This document shows, one piece after another, positions 1 through 13,807 of a DNA stretch of 64,000 nucleotides. The notes under the pieces are model-generated. The model saw only the letters and a program-made list of their open reading frames with translations, made no database searches and was not told where the DNA came from. Origin of the DNA: Chloroflexota bacterium (GTDB lineage Bacteria > Chloroflexota > Dehalococcoidia > Bin125); the NCBI GenBank assembly GCA_009838735.1, contig VXQZ01000011.1, forward strand, positions 17,601 to 81,600. The letters are read 5' to 3'. The stretch's first letter is position 1; every line of letters starts with the position of its first letter. The translations under genes and the position numbers were made by a program.

Positions 1-705
1 ATCGCAATGGTCGCGCTCAACGTGTCGACGCTGCCTCATGCCTGGCAGGGTTTCTTCGGCGACATCTTCGAGCGCGCGGTTTCGGTAGCGGCCTCGCTGG
101 CCAGCGATTTTTCGCAGGACCGCGTACCGGTGGGGCTTCTGGCCAACTGCACCTGGCCGGGTCACGACACGGCGATCCGGGTTCCCCCATCGCGGGCTCC
201 CGGACAGATGACGCGCATTCTTGAAGCGCTGGCCATGGCCGATGTATTCACGCTGGTTCGGATCGAACGGATGTTGAGCGAGGAGCGTTTGACCTTCGGC
301 TCGACGCTCGCATTAGTGACAGCGGTGCTCACTCCGGCGTTGGAATCGTCGCTGATCCGCCTGAAACAACATGGCGCCCAGGTTGGCTTGATCTATGTCG
401 GTATCGAAGATCCACCGGCGACGTTCGCCGAGTCACCTGTTTACGACATTCGCAGGGCGCTGGAAGGACTGCACTACGAACGGGTCGGCGAGGCGGGCCC
501 CTGGGCCCGAACCGATCGGCTGTACGCGAGTCGCCGGCCGCCGGAACCGACTGAAGAAGTAAGTGTTCCGACCTTCGTTGGCGGCGACGATCCCATGCCG
601 CATGAAGTCGCCGGCAGTGATGGTCAGGTGGCGGTCGCCGAGGGCTCGTCGTCCGCGGTTAGCGAACCGCAGAGTCCCTGGTCGCGACCGGAGCGACCAG
701 GATGA
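1..705 (+). CDS. hypothetical protein, 5-prime partial (possibly DUF58-like C-terminal region)
   Basis: ORF in frame from window edge with no upstream stop; strong GC3 bias; stop overlaps next gene start (ATGA at 702-705); family guess only from operon context with downstream multi-TM protein. Confidence 0.4.
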   Translation: MAMVALNVSTLPHAWQGFFGDIFERAVSVAASLASDFSQDRVPVGLLANCTWPGHDTAIRVPPSRAPGQMTRILEALAMADVFTLVRIERMLSEERLTFGSTLALVTAVLTPALESSLIRLKQHGAQVGLIYVGIEDPPATFAESPVYDIRRALEGLHYERVGEAGPWARTDRLYASRRPPEPTEEVSVPTFVGGDDPMPHEVAGSDGQVAVAEGSSSAVSEPQSPWSRPERPG

Positions 706-2165
706 GCGTGGCTGACGCCGCCGTTGTGTCGGCGCCTCCGCGGAGACGGGTGGAACTGGTCTACACGGCTTCACTGCTCGCAGGCGAAGCGATCCTGCTG
801 ATCATCCTGGCCAAGTTGATCCCGCGTCTGGTGGCGTACGACGCCGGCGAAACACTCTCTGTCTGGGCGGTCGCCGGAACGCTGGGATTGGGTTTCCTGG
901 TCTCTCGCTGGCTTGGGCGACGCGAGTTGTCGATGAAGCAGCGCTTCTGGTGGGGTCTGCTGATCACACTGGTCGCCCTGCAGATCATCGGCTCGGCCGA
1001 CCTGTCGGAGAGCGCCCGGATCTGGAACATGTCCTGGTTGCTGGAACTGGGCCGGCCATCGAGTCCGGTCTGGCGGGAAGTGGTGTTGCTGGAGGACGGG
1101 ACGGCGATGCCCGGAGAAATCGACCAACTCTTTGCCGCCTTCATGTTGATCCCGATCTGGTTCCGCGGCGTTGCGCTGGGAAATGCCGATCTCGTCGAGC
1201 GGCCGTTCGCCGGGTACGCGCTGTCGGGACTGGTCATCCTGGCCTTCGCGCTGGCGGTGGCCAACAACGGCGGAGTGGTTGACCACGTCCGCGGACTTGG
1301 GATTCTATGGGTCGTGATGGGTCTGCTCACCGTGGCGCTAAAGACGGCGGCCAGCTCGGATCAGATCCAGGGTCTGGGAGCGGCGCAGACCGGCGCTTCG
1401 GTGGCGGCGACGCTGGTGGCGATGGTGATTGGCGTCGCGCTGTTCCTGTTGTTGGTCACGGGCATTGTGGGTCTGGTCGCCGGTTCCGGCGTCGTCGAGC
1501 CAGTGCTCAACGCGCTGGGGGTGGGTCTGCGAGCGATCATCACTGGGATCACCTACCTCCTCTGGCCACTGTTCTGGTTGGTCGAACAGGCCAAGGAATG
1601 GATCGGGGAGCCCGCTCCAGCGGAGAACCAGCAGCTAGGCGAGGGTATCGGGGGACCATTCGAGGTCGAGGAAGCTGAAGATGGTGACGCCGATCCAACG
1701 GCTGGCATCGTCATGGCGCGGGTCTTTGGCGGGATCGGCGCGGTGTTGGTATTCGCAGTGCTGGCCTTCTACCTCTTCCGCAGGTTCATACGTCGTGAAG
1801 CGCGGATCGAAGAGATTCGGGAGTCGCTCTGGGCAGATGCGGATGTGACCGGCGACCTGCTCGGCGCGCTGCGCGGATTTCGCGACCGGTTTCGTCGGGA
1901 ACAGACCGAACGCTACGCCGACGCGCCGATCGCCGAGTTGTATTTCGATGTGCTCAAGCACGCCGAGACGAAAGGGCAGGCGCGGGCCGTCCACCGGACA
2001 CCGCTGCAGTTCGCCGACGCGCTGGAACGCGCGTATCACAGTCCGACGCCGAAGCGGATCTCGAGGGCGTTCAGCAATTTCCGCTACGGCGGCCGGCAGC
2101 CAAGCGAAGCTGAGCTGAATTCAATGCGTCAGAGCTGGGACTCGCTGAAGGACGGGCCGTCCTGA
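702..2165 (+). CDS. multi-pass membrane protein with DUF4129-like C-terminal domain
   Basis: 487 aa; several hydrophobic helices in N-terminal two thirds, acidic linker, final TM then soluble C-terminal domain (ESLWADADVTGDLLGALRGFRDRFRRE...) resembling DUF4129 seen in transglutaminase/BatA-type operons; translationally coupled to upstream ORF. Confidence 0.45.
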   Translation: MSVADAAVVSAPPRRRVELVYTASLLAGEAILLIILAKLIPRLVAYDAGETLSVWAVAGTLGLGFLVSRWLGRRELSMKQRFWWGLLITLVALQIIGSADLSESARIWNMSWLLELGRPSSPVWREVVLLEDGTAMPGEIDQLFAAFMLIPIWFRGVALGNADLVERPFAGYALSGLVILAFALAVANNGGVVDHVRGLGILWVVMGLLTVALKTAASSDQIQGLGAAQTGASVAATLVAMVIGVALFLLLVTGIVGLVAGSGVVEPVLNALGVGLRAIITGITYLLWPLFWLVEQAKEWIGEPAPAENQQLGEGIGGPFEVEEAEDGDADPTAGIVMARVFGGIGAVLVFAVLAFYLFRRFIRREARIEEIRESLWADADVTGDLLGALRGFRDRFRREQTERYADAPIAELYFDVLKHAETKGQARAVHRTPLQFADALERAYHSPTPKRISRAFSNFRYGGRQPSEAELNSMRQSWDSLKDGPS

Positions 2166-2894
2166 TCGATCCACGGTCAGGGCGATGACTGTCGAATCGG
2201 CGTCGATGTCGCCGGCGTACGTGAAGTCGGCCTGGAATCCCAGGTTGCGCAGGTGGTCGCCGTGGGGTGAGTCGGCGAAGGCGCGGGATGGCGATCGCGC
2301 GTAGGCCTGGTACAGCTTGAGCGCGAGCCGCGCGCCTCCTCGGATTGCCGCGTTCGGCACGATGTGTTGAAGCCGAGCGACATACGCGCCCGCGGCGAAG
2401 GAGTCCTCGACGGACGGCGAGGTGCTGCCGTGATCGCCGCTACAGACGATGGCGATGCGCGACGGCGCACTGGCGAGCAGATGCTCGATCGAGGCGCTCA
2501 TGTTGCGCAAGCAGCCTGAGAGGGCGAGATCGGCGTCCTTGGCCTTGACCAGGGCCCGCGTGCCGTTGCTGGTGACGTGGACGACGGTCCAGCCGCGCAC
2601 GTCGAGCGACTCGAACTCGGTTGGTGAGTTGCCATAGTCGGCTTCGGGTGGAGGCAGGGCGCCGACCTCGCCGATCAACCGGCTGCCGGAGATGGCATCG
2701 CGCAGTGTCACACCGGTGGCGAAGTCGGCGACGGGATACACCGCACAGGCCTGGCCGGCAAACAGTGCGGCATGCACGGTCGTGGCGCGGAAGATATCCA
2801 GCACGACGGCGGCCGCGCCGTTGAGCACGGATGCGGGCGGAGGTTGGAGGTAGGCCTGGATTTCCAGTTCGCGAACAACTCGCTGATCTGACAT
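2121..2894 (-). CDS. 2-phosphosulfolactate phosphatase (ComB) family protein
   Basis: 257 aa; N-terminal VVLDIFRATTVHAAL motif typical of ComB/PF04029 (vvIDvlRATst); 45-nt convergent overlap with upstream gene end. Confidence 0.6.
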   Translation of the reverse strand: MSDQRVVRELEIQAYLQPPPASVLNGAAAVVLDIFRATTVHAALFAGQACAVYPVADFATGVTLRDAISGSRLIGEVGALPPPEADYGNSPTEFESLDVRGWTVVHVTSNGTRALVKAKDADLALSGCLRNMSASIEHLLASAPSRIAIVCSGDHGSTSPSVEDSFAAGAYVARLQHIVPNAAIRGGARLALKLYQAYARSPSRAFADSPHGDHLRNLGFQADFTYAGDIDADSTVIALTVDRSGRPVLQRVPALTH

Positions 2895-2896
2895 CC

Positions 2897-3760
2897 ATGC
2901 AGCCTACGACCGAACGGTTGCAGGGATACCCTTGGGGCATGGCTGCATCAGCGTTTCAAGATCGGCTGGCGGCAGCGATGGATGCCAGCCACTCGCTGAT
3001 TTGCGTGGGACTCGATCCGCAGCCCCAGCGCACGCCAGTTGACGAGATTCTCGATTTCAACACACGCGTCATCGAGGCGACGGCCGGTCTCGCCTGTGCT
3101 TACAAGCCGCAGTCGGCCTTCTATGAAGTCGCGGGTGATACCGGCTGGCAGGCGCTCAGGGAGACGATTGCCGCGGTCCGACGTCTCGCACCGGAGGCCG
3201 TGGTCATCCTCGATGCCAAGCGCAACGACATCGGCAATACGGCCGAGGCGTATGCGGCCAGCGCATTCGACTGGTTTGACGCCGACGCGATAACGATCAA
3301 CCCCTATCTGGGCGGAGACGCCGTCGCGCCGTTTCTGCAGCGACCTGACCGCGGCGCGTTTGCGCTCTGCCGCACGTCCAATCCGGGCGCGGCCGACTTG
3401 CAATCGTTGTCGATGGCCAATGGTGAACCGCTGTACCTGACAGTGGCAGAGCAAGCTCGCAAGTGGGGTGAGAGCCATCACGGCAATCTCGGTCTCGTCG
3501 TTGGTGCGACCTGGCCGGAGGAGCTGAAGCAAGTGCGTGCTATGTGTCCGGAGATGCCGATCCTGTTGCCCGGTATTGGCGCGCAGGGAGGCGATCTGGA
3601 GGCTTCGGTGGCAGTCGGTGTCGATGTCGACGGACGTGGACTACTGGTCTCGGCATCACGGTCGGTGATCTATGCAGGCGGTGCGGAGGAGATTCGCGCG
3701 GAGGCATCGAGGTTGCGCGCTGCCGCCAATGCGGCGATTCCGGCTCGCGAGCTGCCGTGA
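2897..3760 (+). CDS. pyrF: orotidine 5-prime-phosphate decarboxylase (type 2, long form)
   Basis: ILDAKRNDIGNTAEAY lysine/aspartate catalytic motif, ~290-310 aa actinobacterial-type PyrF; ORF track start at 2831 would overlap divergent ComB start, so ATG 2897 (MQPTT) or 2939 is preferred. Confidence 0.65.
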   Translation: MQPTTERLQGYPWGMAASAFQDRLAAAMDASHSLICVGLDPQPQRTPVDEILDFNTRVIEATAGLACAYKPQSAFYEVAGDTGWQALRETIAAVRRLAPEAVVILDAKRNDIGNTAEAYAASAFDWFDADAITINPYLGGDAVAPFLQRPDRGAFALCRTSNPGAADLQSLSMANGEPLYLTVAEQARKWGESHHGNLGLVVGATWPEELKQVRAMCPEMPILLPGIGAQGGDLEASVAVGVDVDGRGLLVSASRSVIYAGGAEEIRAEASRLRAAANAAIPARELP

Positions 3761-5091
3761 CCGCGGACCCCGAGCCCGAGGCGACGACGTCAACGGATCC
3801 TCCCGTTGGCGCGCTGTTTCGCAATCGTCCGTTCCTGGCGCTCTGGTCGGCGACCGGGATCCAGCTGACGATCAACTCCGCCATCCAGTTTGTGCTGCTG
3901 ATCTGGGTGCTGGAGCAGACCGGGTCGCCGTTTGCCTCGACGCTGTTGGTGATCTGCCTGGCCGCTCCACCGGTGGTTACCGGCGCGGTCGCCGGGGTGT
4001 TGCTGGACCGGCTCGACAAGCGGCGGGTGCTGATCGTCGCGGTCATCATTCGTGCCGGACTGACTGCGTTGTTACTCATCGCCGACAACGTGTCCGTCGG
4101 GACGGTCTACGCGGTGGCCTTCGGAACCGCGCTGGCCGGCCAGTTCGCCGTCCCGGCGGGAGCGGCCGCGCTACCCCGCTTTGTTTCTCGGCAGCAGCTG
4201 TTGTCGGCCAACTCGGCGTTTCAGTTCACGACCATGTCGACGCAGTTGATCGGGTTGGTGATTATCGCGCCAATCATGTTGAAGGTGATCGGCTACGACG
4301 CGTCGTACATCGTCAGTGCGGTCGCGCTGGCGTTCTCGGCAGTGCTACTCGCCTGCTTGCCCTCGCTTCCGCCGTTCGACCGCACGCCCCACCGCGTGTC
4401 CGAAGATGTCGGTCAGGTCAGGGCGGCCTTCGCCACGACTTTGCACGACATTCGATCTGCGGGGGATCTCGTCTGGCGCGACCGGTTAACGGCGCTGGCG
4501 CTTGTCCAGCTGATTTCCGGCGTGATGATGCTGTTCATGTTCGCCGTGCTGGTCCCGCAGTTCGTCCACGATGTGCTCGGTCGGGCTGAGGAAGATGCGG
4601 TCTTCGTCTTCTGGCCGACTGGCTTTGGCGCACTGCTGGCCCTGGTTTTCGTACCGCGCATCGGCCGGCGGATCCGGATGAACACCATGGCCTCGTTCGG
4701 TCTGGCGGTGATCACCGTCATCGTGACGGTGTTTGGCGTGCTCGACTTCCTCCGGTCGACTGGTTCCACCCAGGACTGGCTGCTGGCCGCCACGCTGATC
4801 ATGGCGTTCCCGCTCGGTCTTGCCTACGCGATGGTCAATGCCCCGGCGCAAACGCTGCTCCAGGAGCGCTCGCCGCCGGAGATGCGTGGGCGCCTGTTCT
4901 CGGCGCAGATGATGCTGGCCAATGCCGTCTCGATGCTGGCGCTGCTGTTGGTCGGTGGAGTGTCGGACGCCGCCGGGGTGAGGCAAGGACTGTTCCTGCT
5001 CGGCGGGGGGTTGTTCCTGATCACGCTGGGATCGCTCTGGTTGGGACGGGGAGGTCCTACGCGACCGCCACCCGAGCTGACCGGCGATTGA
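3757..5091 (+). CDS. MFS transporter
   Basis: ~12 predicted TM helices, MFS-like LDRLDKRRVL motif after TM2; probable GTG start overlapping pyrF stop (GTGA); ORF-track start 3544 lies inside pyrF and is rejected. Confidence 0.7.
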   Translation: MTADPEPEATTSTDPPVGALFRNRPFLALWSATGIQLTINSAIQFVLLIWVLEQTGSPFASTLLVICLAAPPVVTGAVAGVLLDRLDKRRVLIVAVIIRAGLTALLLIADNVSVGTVYAVAFGTALAGQFAVPAGAAALPRFVSRQQLLSANSAFQFTTMSTQLIGLVIIAPIMLKVIGYDASYIVSAVALAFSAVLLACLPSLPPFDRTPHRVSEDVGQVRAAFATTLHDIRSAGDLVWRDRLTALALVQLISGVMMLFMFAVLVPQFVHDVLGRAEEDAVFVFWPTGFGALLALVFVPRIGRRIRMNTMASFGLAVITVIVTVFGVLDFLRSTGSTQDWLLAATLIMAFPLGLAYAMVNAPAQTLLQERSPPEMRGRLFSAQMMLANAVSMLALLLVGGVSDAAGVRQGLFLLGGGLFLITLGSLWLGRGGPTRPPPELTGD

Positions 5092-5190
5092 GCCGATACT
5101 CTCTCCTGCCGTTCCTCGAGCCGACTCCCGGCCTACGCTAATCTGACACAGCAGACGCTGCGAGATAGCGATCGGGCAGAGATAGAAGGG

Positions 5191-5721
5191 ATGCGCGACA
5201 TGAAAGAAGTCACCATCGAAGCGCTGCGCGTCTCTCTGATGAACTACAACCGCGTCGTGGTCCTCAAGGAAAAGGACGCCGACCGCTACCTGACCATCTA
5301 CATCGGCGCGGCCGAGGCCGATGCGATTGCCATCCGGCTGCAGAACGTGTCAGTCCAGCGGCCGATGACGCACGATTTGATGACCAATGTGATGCAGGAA
5401 CTGGGCGCCAGCGTGACCCGGGTTGTCGTGACCGAGGTGCGCAACGACACCTATTACGCCCGCGTCTTCCTGGACGTGAACAATGAGCAAGTGGAGATTG
5501 ACTCCCGCCCGTCCGACGCGATAGCACTGGCGGTTCGGGCCGAGGCGCCGATCTTTGTCGAGGACGAAGTGATTGATCAGGCAGGGGTGTTGCTCGACGA
5601 CGAGGGCCTGGTGGCGACCGACGAAGAGGGTCGGCCGGAGCCGGTCAAGCCGGAGGAACTGGAAAAGATGTCGGCCTTCCGCGACTTCATCGAGTCGCTC
5701 GACATGGACGACTTCGAGTAA
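5191..5721 (+). CDS. bifunctional nuclease (BFN/DUF151) family protein
   Basis: 176 aa; RVVVLKEKDADRYLTIYIGAAEADAIA and RPSDAIALAVRAEAPIFV motifs typical of PF02577; acidic C-terminus. Confidence 0.7.
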   Translation: MRDMKEVTIEALRVSLMNYNRVVVLKEKDADRYLTIYIGAAEADAIAIRLQNVSVQRPMTHDLMTNVMQELGASVTRVVVTEVRNDTYYARVFLDVNNEQVEIDSRPSDAIALAVRAEAPIFVEDEVIDQAGVLLDDEGLVATDEEGRPEPVKPEELEKMSAFRDFIESLDMDDFE

Positions 5722-5855
5722 CCCGCACTACACAAGGATTGCCGGGTTTGGAATCGCCGTGGGCCGAGGCGGCGTTGCCTTGTCGCAAGTGGGGTCTGTG
5801 ATAGCCTTCACATTGCTCCGGAAACGGGGTGTGCCTCCAGCAGGGAGGAGTCCCC

Positions 5856-6145
5856 ATGAGACAGTGGCCGCCGGCCATGCAACTCATGGGCATCGGCTGG
5901 TACGTGGCTACGTGCATCGTGCTGGGCGTTGTCGGTGGAGTCCTGCTGGACGACGAGTTGGGCACGGGATTCGCGCTCACGCTCGTCGGACTCGCTCTCG
6001 GTTTGGCTACGGCCGGCTGGGGCGGGTATCGCATGTTGCAAGATCTATTCGCCGCTCAAGCGCGGCAACGACAAGACCAGGCAGAGCGGCGCCCTCCCTC
6101 CGAAGACGCGCCCGTGGACGATGAACAGGACGAGGAGGAGCGCGC

Positions 6146-6149
<4 letters not shown>
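5856..6149 (+). CDS. atpZ: AtpZ/AtpI-like small membrane protein of ATP synthase operon
   Basis: ~97 aa, two TM helices (GIGWYVATCIVLGVVGGVLL, GFALTLVGLALGLATAGWGGY), immediately upstream of atpB with overlapping stop/start; acidic tail. Confidence 0.6.
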
Positions 6150-8037
<1,888 letters not shown>

Positions 8038-8137
8038 CCTGACGCCGCCAGACCCCGCAGTGGAGCGCCGCCGGACGCTGGTCCAGCGGCGCAGCTGACG
8101 GGATTGGCAACCGGAACAGACTGATTGGCAGGATGGT

Positions 8138-8638
8138 ATGGACGCTCTCGGTCTCAACCTGGCCGGACTGATCACGCATTTCATCAGTTTCGGCATCCTG
8201 TTCGCGCTGCTGATCTTCCTGCTCTACAAGCCGCTCGGCCGGGTGCTCGATGAGCGGCGCAAGCGGATCGAAGAGGGTCTGACCGCGTCTGAACGCGCTC
8301 AGGAAGCGGCTGAGGAAGCGCGCGCCGAGGCGCGCGCCGAGATTCAGCAGGGCCGCGACGAGGCCCAGCGCCTGGTCGCACAGGCTCAGGAACTGGCGCA
8401 GCGGATCGAAGCCGAAGCGCGTGAAAACGCCGCGGGCCAGGCCGAACAGCTGATCGAACGCGCCCGCTCGGAAATCGAGCAGGAACGTGATCAGGCCGTG
8501 CAACAGCTGCGCAATGAGTTTGCCGGCATGGCGATCGCGGCCGCCGAACGGGTGATTGAACAGTCACTGGATGCGGACGACCACCAGCGGTTGATTAGCG
8601 ACGTGCTGGCCGAATCGTCCAGTGGACAGCAGAACTAG
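8138..8638 (+). CDS. atpF: F0F1 ATP synthase subunit b
   Basis: 166 aa, single N-terminal TM then long charged coiled-coil (EEARAEARAEIQQGRDEAQRL...), operon position. Confidence 0.85.
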   Translation: MDALGLNLAGLITHFISFGILFALLIFLLYKPLGRVLDERRKRIEEGLTASERAQEAAEEARAEARAEIQQGRDEAQRLVAQAQELAQRIEAEARENAAGQAEQLIERARSEIEQERDQAVQQLRNEFAGMAIAAAERVIEQSLDADDHQRLISDVLAESSSGQQN

Positions 8639-8647
8639 GAGCGACCT

Positions 8648-9187
8648 GTGGCGCTGAGTGATCCCGCTGCACGACGCTACGCCGACGCGGTGTTCGGCAT
8701 CGCGCACGACACCGCATCTCACGATCGCTGGTTATCCGATCTTGAGGACATCGCGGCCTTGTTCAGCGAGCCGACGGTCAACGGGTTCCTCGTCTCGACC
8801 CGCGTTGCGCAGGCTGAGAAGGAGCAAGTGCTCGACAACGCGCTGCCCGATGTTCAGCGCGCTGCCGCGAACTTCGCGAAACTGCTCGTCCGCAAGCGGA
8901 GGGCCAACCTGGCTCCGCAGATCATTGAAGCGTTCCGCGAGCGCCTGAACAGTGTGCGCGGCATCGCCGAAGCGACCGTGACGACCGCCGTCCCACTCTC
9001 TGACGACGCGCGTTCCGCCGTCGAAGAGGCGGTGCGGCGTTTCACCAACGCCGAGACCGTTTCGTTGAGCGAGACGGTTGATGGCCAGATCATCGGCGGC
9101 GCCGTGGTCAAAATCGGCGACCGGATCATTGACGGATCCGTCCGCACGCGCCTGTCCACCATGCGCCGCTCGTTGGCGCAGGGTTAA
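8648..9187 (+). CDS. atpH: F0F1 ATP synthase subunit delta
   Basis: 179 aa OSCP/delta-like, operon position between b and alpha. Confidence 0.8.
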   Translation: MALSDPAARRYADAVFGIAHDTASHDRWLSDLEDIAALFSEPTVNGFLVSTRVAQAEKEQVLDNALPDVQRAAANFAKLLVRKRRANLAPQIIEAFRERLNSVRGIAEATVTTAVPLSDDARSAVEEAVRRFTNAETVSLSETVDGQIIGGAVVKIGDRIIDGSVRTRLSTMRRSLAQG

Positions 9188-9209
9188 TCACACCGAAGGA
9201 GTCAGCATT

Positions 9210-10736
9210 ATGGCTGTCCGACCAGAAGAAGTCGCCGCCCTGATTCGACAACAGATCGAAGGCTTCGAAAGCCAGGTCGTCTCTGCTGAGGTCGGGACCG
9301 TCGTCGAGGCGGGCGACGGTATCGCCCGGGTCTACGGCCTCGCTGGCGCGCTCTCGGGCGAACTGCTCGAGTTCCGCCCCAAGGACGGCTCCGACCCGGT
9401 GATGGGTATGGCGCTCAACCTGGAAGAGGAAATCGTCGGCTCCGTGATCATGGGCGACTACCGCGTGATCGAAGAGGGCGATGAAGTCCGCTCCACCGGC
9501 ACCGTGGCCGAGGTCCCGGTCGGCGAAGCGCTGATCGGCCGGGTTGTCAACGCGCTGGGCGAGCCAATCGACGGCAAGGGCCCAATCGCGGCCGCAGAAT
9601 CGCGCCCGGTCGAGCGGATCGCTCCCAACGTGGTGACCCGCGCATCGGTTGATACGCCGGTCCAGACGGGCATCCTGGCGATCGACTCGCAGATCCCGAT
9701 TGGCCGGGGCCAGCGCGAACTAATCATCGGCGACCGGCAGACCGGCAAGTCCTCGATCGCGATCGACACGATCATCAACCAGCAGGGGCAGGATCTGATC
9801 TGCATCTACGTCGCCATTGGCCAGAAGCAGGCCAAGGTGACCAACGTCGTGGCCACGCTCGAGGAGCACGGCGCGATGGGCCACACCATCGTGGTCAACG
9901 CCGCGTCGGCAGAGTCGGCGGCGCAGCAGTACCTCGCGCCATACTCCGGCGTCGCGATGGCCGAGTACTTCATGGAGCGCGGCCAGGACGCGCTGATCAT
10001 CTACGACGACCTCTCCAAGCACGCCTGGGCGTACCGCCAGATCTCTCTCCTCCTGCGCCGTCCTCCGGGTCGCGAAGCGTACCCTGGCGACGTCTTCTAC
10101 CTCCACTCTCGACTGCTCGAGCGGGCCGCCAAGCTCTCTGATGAATACGGCGGCGGCTCGATCACCGCGTTGCCGATTATCGAGACCCAGGCCGGCGACG
10201 TCTCGGCATACATCCCGACCAACGTCATCTCGATCACCGACGGACAGATTTTCCTCGAGTCCGACCTGTTCAACGCCGGGCAGCGGCCGGCCGTTAATGC
10301 CGGCATCTCGGTGTCGCGAGTGGGTGGTTCCGCTCAGCGGCGCGCGATGCGCTCGGTCGCCGGTCAGCTCCGGATCGACATGGCACAGTTCCGTGAACTC
10401 CAGGCGTTCGCACAGTTCGGTACGTCCGACCTCGACGCGGCGACACGCCGTCAGCTTGAGCGCGGTCAGCGGCTCTCGGCGCTGCTGGTTCAGCCCGAAC
10501 AGCAGCCGCTGGCGATGTCTACCCAGGTCGCGCTGCTCTATGCCGCCAACAGCGGCGTGCTCGACGACGTGCCGGTCAACAAGATCAACGATTTCGCCAT
10601 CGGGGCGAGCGATTACCTGAACACCTCACACCGCGACCTGCTTGGCGGCATCGCCGACAGCGGCCAGCTGTCTGACGACGACGAGGCGGCGCTCAGCTCC
10701 GCGCTGCAGACATTCAAGGACACGGTCCCCTTCTAG
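9210..10736 (+). CDS. atpA: F0F1 ATP synthase subunit alpha
   Basis: Walker A GDRQTGKS, typical alpha N-terminus [20 protein letters not shown]; ATG 9210 with GAAGGAG RBS; ORF-track start 9078 overlaps atpH and is rejected. Confidence 0.95.
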   Translation: MAVRPEEVAALIRQQIEGFESQVVSAEVGTVVEAGDGIARVYGLAGALSGELLEFRPKDGSDPVMGMALNLEEEIVGSVIMGDYRVIEEGDEVRSTGTVAEVPVGEALIGRVVNALGEPIDGKGPIAAAESRPVERIAPNVVTRASVDTPVQTGILAIDSQIPIGRGQRELIIGDRQTGKSSIAIDTIINQQGQDLICIYVAIGQKQAKVTNVVATLEEHGAMGHTIVVNAASAESAAQQYLAPYSGVAMAEYFMERGQDALIIYDDLSKHAWAYRQISLLLRRPPGREAYPGDVFYLHSRLLERAAKLSDEYGGGSITALPIIETQAGDVSAYIPTNVISITDGQIFLESDLFNAGQRPAVNAGISVSRVGGSAQRRAMRSVAGQLRIDMAQFRELQAFAQFGTSDLDAATRRQLERGQRLSALLVQPEQQPLAMSTQVALLYAANSGVLDDVPVNKINDFAIGASDYLNTSHRDLLGGIADSGQLSDDDEAALSSALQTFKDTVPF

Positions 10737-10780
10737 GCGGGCCGAGCATCCGAGAACGCAACTGAGAGCAGAAGGGGTCA

Positions 10781-11659
10781 ATGGCCAACACCCGCGAAAT
10801 CCGACGGCGCATCCGCTCGGTCGAGAACACGGCCAAGATCACGAACGCGATCCAGCTCGTGGCGGCGTCGAAGATGCGCCGCGCCCAGGATCGCGCGCTG
10901 CAGGCGCGGCCGTACGCCGAAAAGATGCAGGCCGTACTCGGTCACCTGTCCGGCGTCGCGGGCGATCCGGAGACCGCGCATCCCCTGCTCGAACGGCGCG
11001 ACGTCAACGAAACGACCGTCATTCTGATCACGCCCGACCGCGGGCTTTGCGGTGGTTTGATTGCCAACCTCGAACGGCACACGGGCGAGATCGTGCTCGG
11101 TCCCCAAGCCGGCGGCTCGGGTGACATCTCGATGATCCCGGTTGGCCGCAAGGGCGGCGATTACTTTCAGCGCTTCGGAATCGACTTCCGGGCCAGTTTC
11201 CAGGAGCTTGGCGACTATCCCGGACTGGCCGAGACCCAACCGATTTCACGAATCGCCATTGACGATTACACCGAAGGCAAGGTTGACCGCGTCCTGCTGG
11301 TCTACGCCTCGTTCGTCAATACCGTGAGTCAGGTTCCTGTGACCGTGCCGATCCTGCCGGTTGAACCACCCGCCAGTGATGAAGAGTCCTCGGGCGAGAC
11401 GCAGTACATCTTCGAACCCTCACCGCAGGAAGTGCTGGCAGACCTGCTCCCGCGCTATGTTGACCTGCTCGTCTACCAGGCCGTGCTCGAAGCGGCTGCC
11501 TCCGAACAGTCGGCGCGCATGGTCGCGATGCGCAACGCAACCGACGCGGCGAACGACATGATCGCCGACCTCACGCTCGTCTACAACAAGGCCCGCCAGG
11601 AGCAGATCACCTCCGAGCTGCTCGACATCACCGGCGGCGTCGAGGCGCTCAAGGGCTAA
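10781..11659 (+). CDS. atpG: F0F1 ATP synthase subunit gamma
   Basis: 292 aa, N-terminus MANTREIRRRIRSVENTAKITNAIQLVAASKMRRAQ and C-terminus ITSELLDITGGVEALKG are gamma signatures. Confidence 0.95.
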   Translation: MANTREIRRRIRSVENTAKITNAIQLVAASKMRRAQDRALQARPYAEKMQAVLGHLSGVAGDPETAHPLLERRDVNETTVILITPDRGLCGGLIANLERHTGEIVLGPQAGGSGDISMIPVGRKGGDYFQRFGIDFRASFQELGDYPGLAETQPISRIAIDDYTEGKVDRVLLVYASFVNTVSQVPVTVPILPVEPPASDEESSGETQYIFEPSPQEVLADLLPRYVDLLVYQAVLEAAASEQSARMVAMRNATDAANDMIADLTLVYNKARQEQITSELLDITGGVEALKG

Positions 11660-11662
11660 GTC

Positions 11663-12340
11663 ATGGCGTCACAGTCATCAGCGGTGATCTTCGACATGGA
11701 CGGCGTCCTGCTTGACTCCGAGCCGCTGCACTACGAGGCCGTCCGCCAGGCTCTGGCCGAGCAAGGCGTCGACTTTCCATTCGACGACTACGCCCGCTAC
11801 CTGGGCACAACGCTGACCAGCACCTGGGACGAACTCTGCGAGCGCTACCCGATTACGATGACGCTCGAGCAGTTCGAAGCGCGCTACAACGCCGACGTGC
11901 TCAAGCAGTATCAGGCTGGCGCCCCACTGATCCGCGGAGCACGGGAGCTTGTCGAGCAGCTTCGCGAAGCCGGCGTGCCAATCGCCGTCGCCAGCTCGTC
12001 ACACCGATTGTGGGTCAACGCGGCGCTCAGAGGCGCAGGATTGAGCCGCTACTTCGACCAGACCACCGCAGGCGACGAGGTCTCGATGGGCAAGCCTTCG
12101 CCCGAGATCTACCTCAAGGCCGCCAAGAAGCTGGGCATTGACCCCGCCCGCTGCATCGCCATTGAGGACGCACCCGCCGGCGTGGAATCCGCCAACGCCG
12201 CCGGGATGAAGGTCGTCCTCGTGCGCAGCGAACTCACGCAAGACCTCAATCTGACATCTGACTGGCAGGTCAATGACCTGACCGAATTCAAACTCACGTG
12301 GTTGTCCGAGCCCTCCGCCGACCTGGTCGGCGCGGCCTAG
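11663..12340 (+). CDS. HAD-IA family hydrolase (beta-phosphoglucomutase-like phosphatase) embedded in atp operon
   Basis: DMDGVLLDSEPLH motif I, ...AVASSS motif II, GKPSPEIY and IEDAPAGVESANAAGM motifs III/IV; starts 3 nt after atpG stop and ends 24 nt before atpD. Confidence 0.85.
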   Translation: MASQSSAVIFDMDGVLLDSEPLHYEAVRQALAEQGVDFPFDDYARYLGTTLTSTWDELCERYPITMTLEQFEARYNADVLKQYQAGAPLIRGARELVEQLREAGVPIAVASSSHRLWVNAALRGAGLSRYFDQTTAGDEVSMGKPSPEIYLKAAKKLGIDPARCIAIEDAPAGVESANAAGMKVVLVRSELTQDLNLTSDWQVNDLTEFKLTWLSEPSADLVGAA

Positions 12341-13774
<1,434 letters not shown>

Positions 13775-13807
13775 GCTTGCACCGACGACGTCTGAGGGGA
13801 CGCCACC

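Noticed and set aside
3544-3756. Upstream extension of MFS transporter ORF into pyrF
   Set aside because: The extension lies within the pyrF coding region in another frame. The hydrophobic MFS core begins after pyrF stop, and a GTG overlapping the TGA stop is a plausible coupled start.
9078-9209. N-terminal extension of atpA ORF (start at 9078 overlapping atpH)
   Set aside because: The canonical alpha N-terminus MAVRPEEV begins at ATG 9210 with a GAAGGAG RBS. The extension would overlap atpH by 110 nt.
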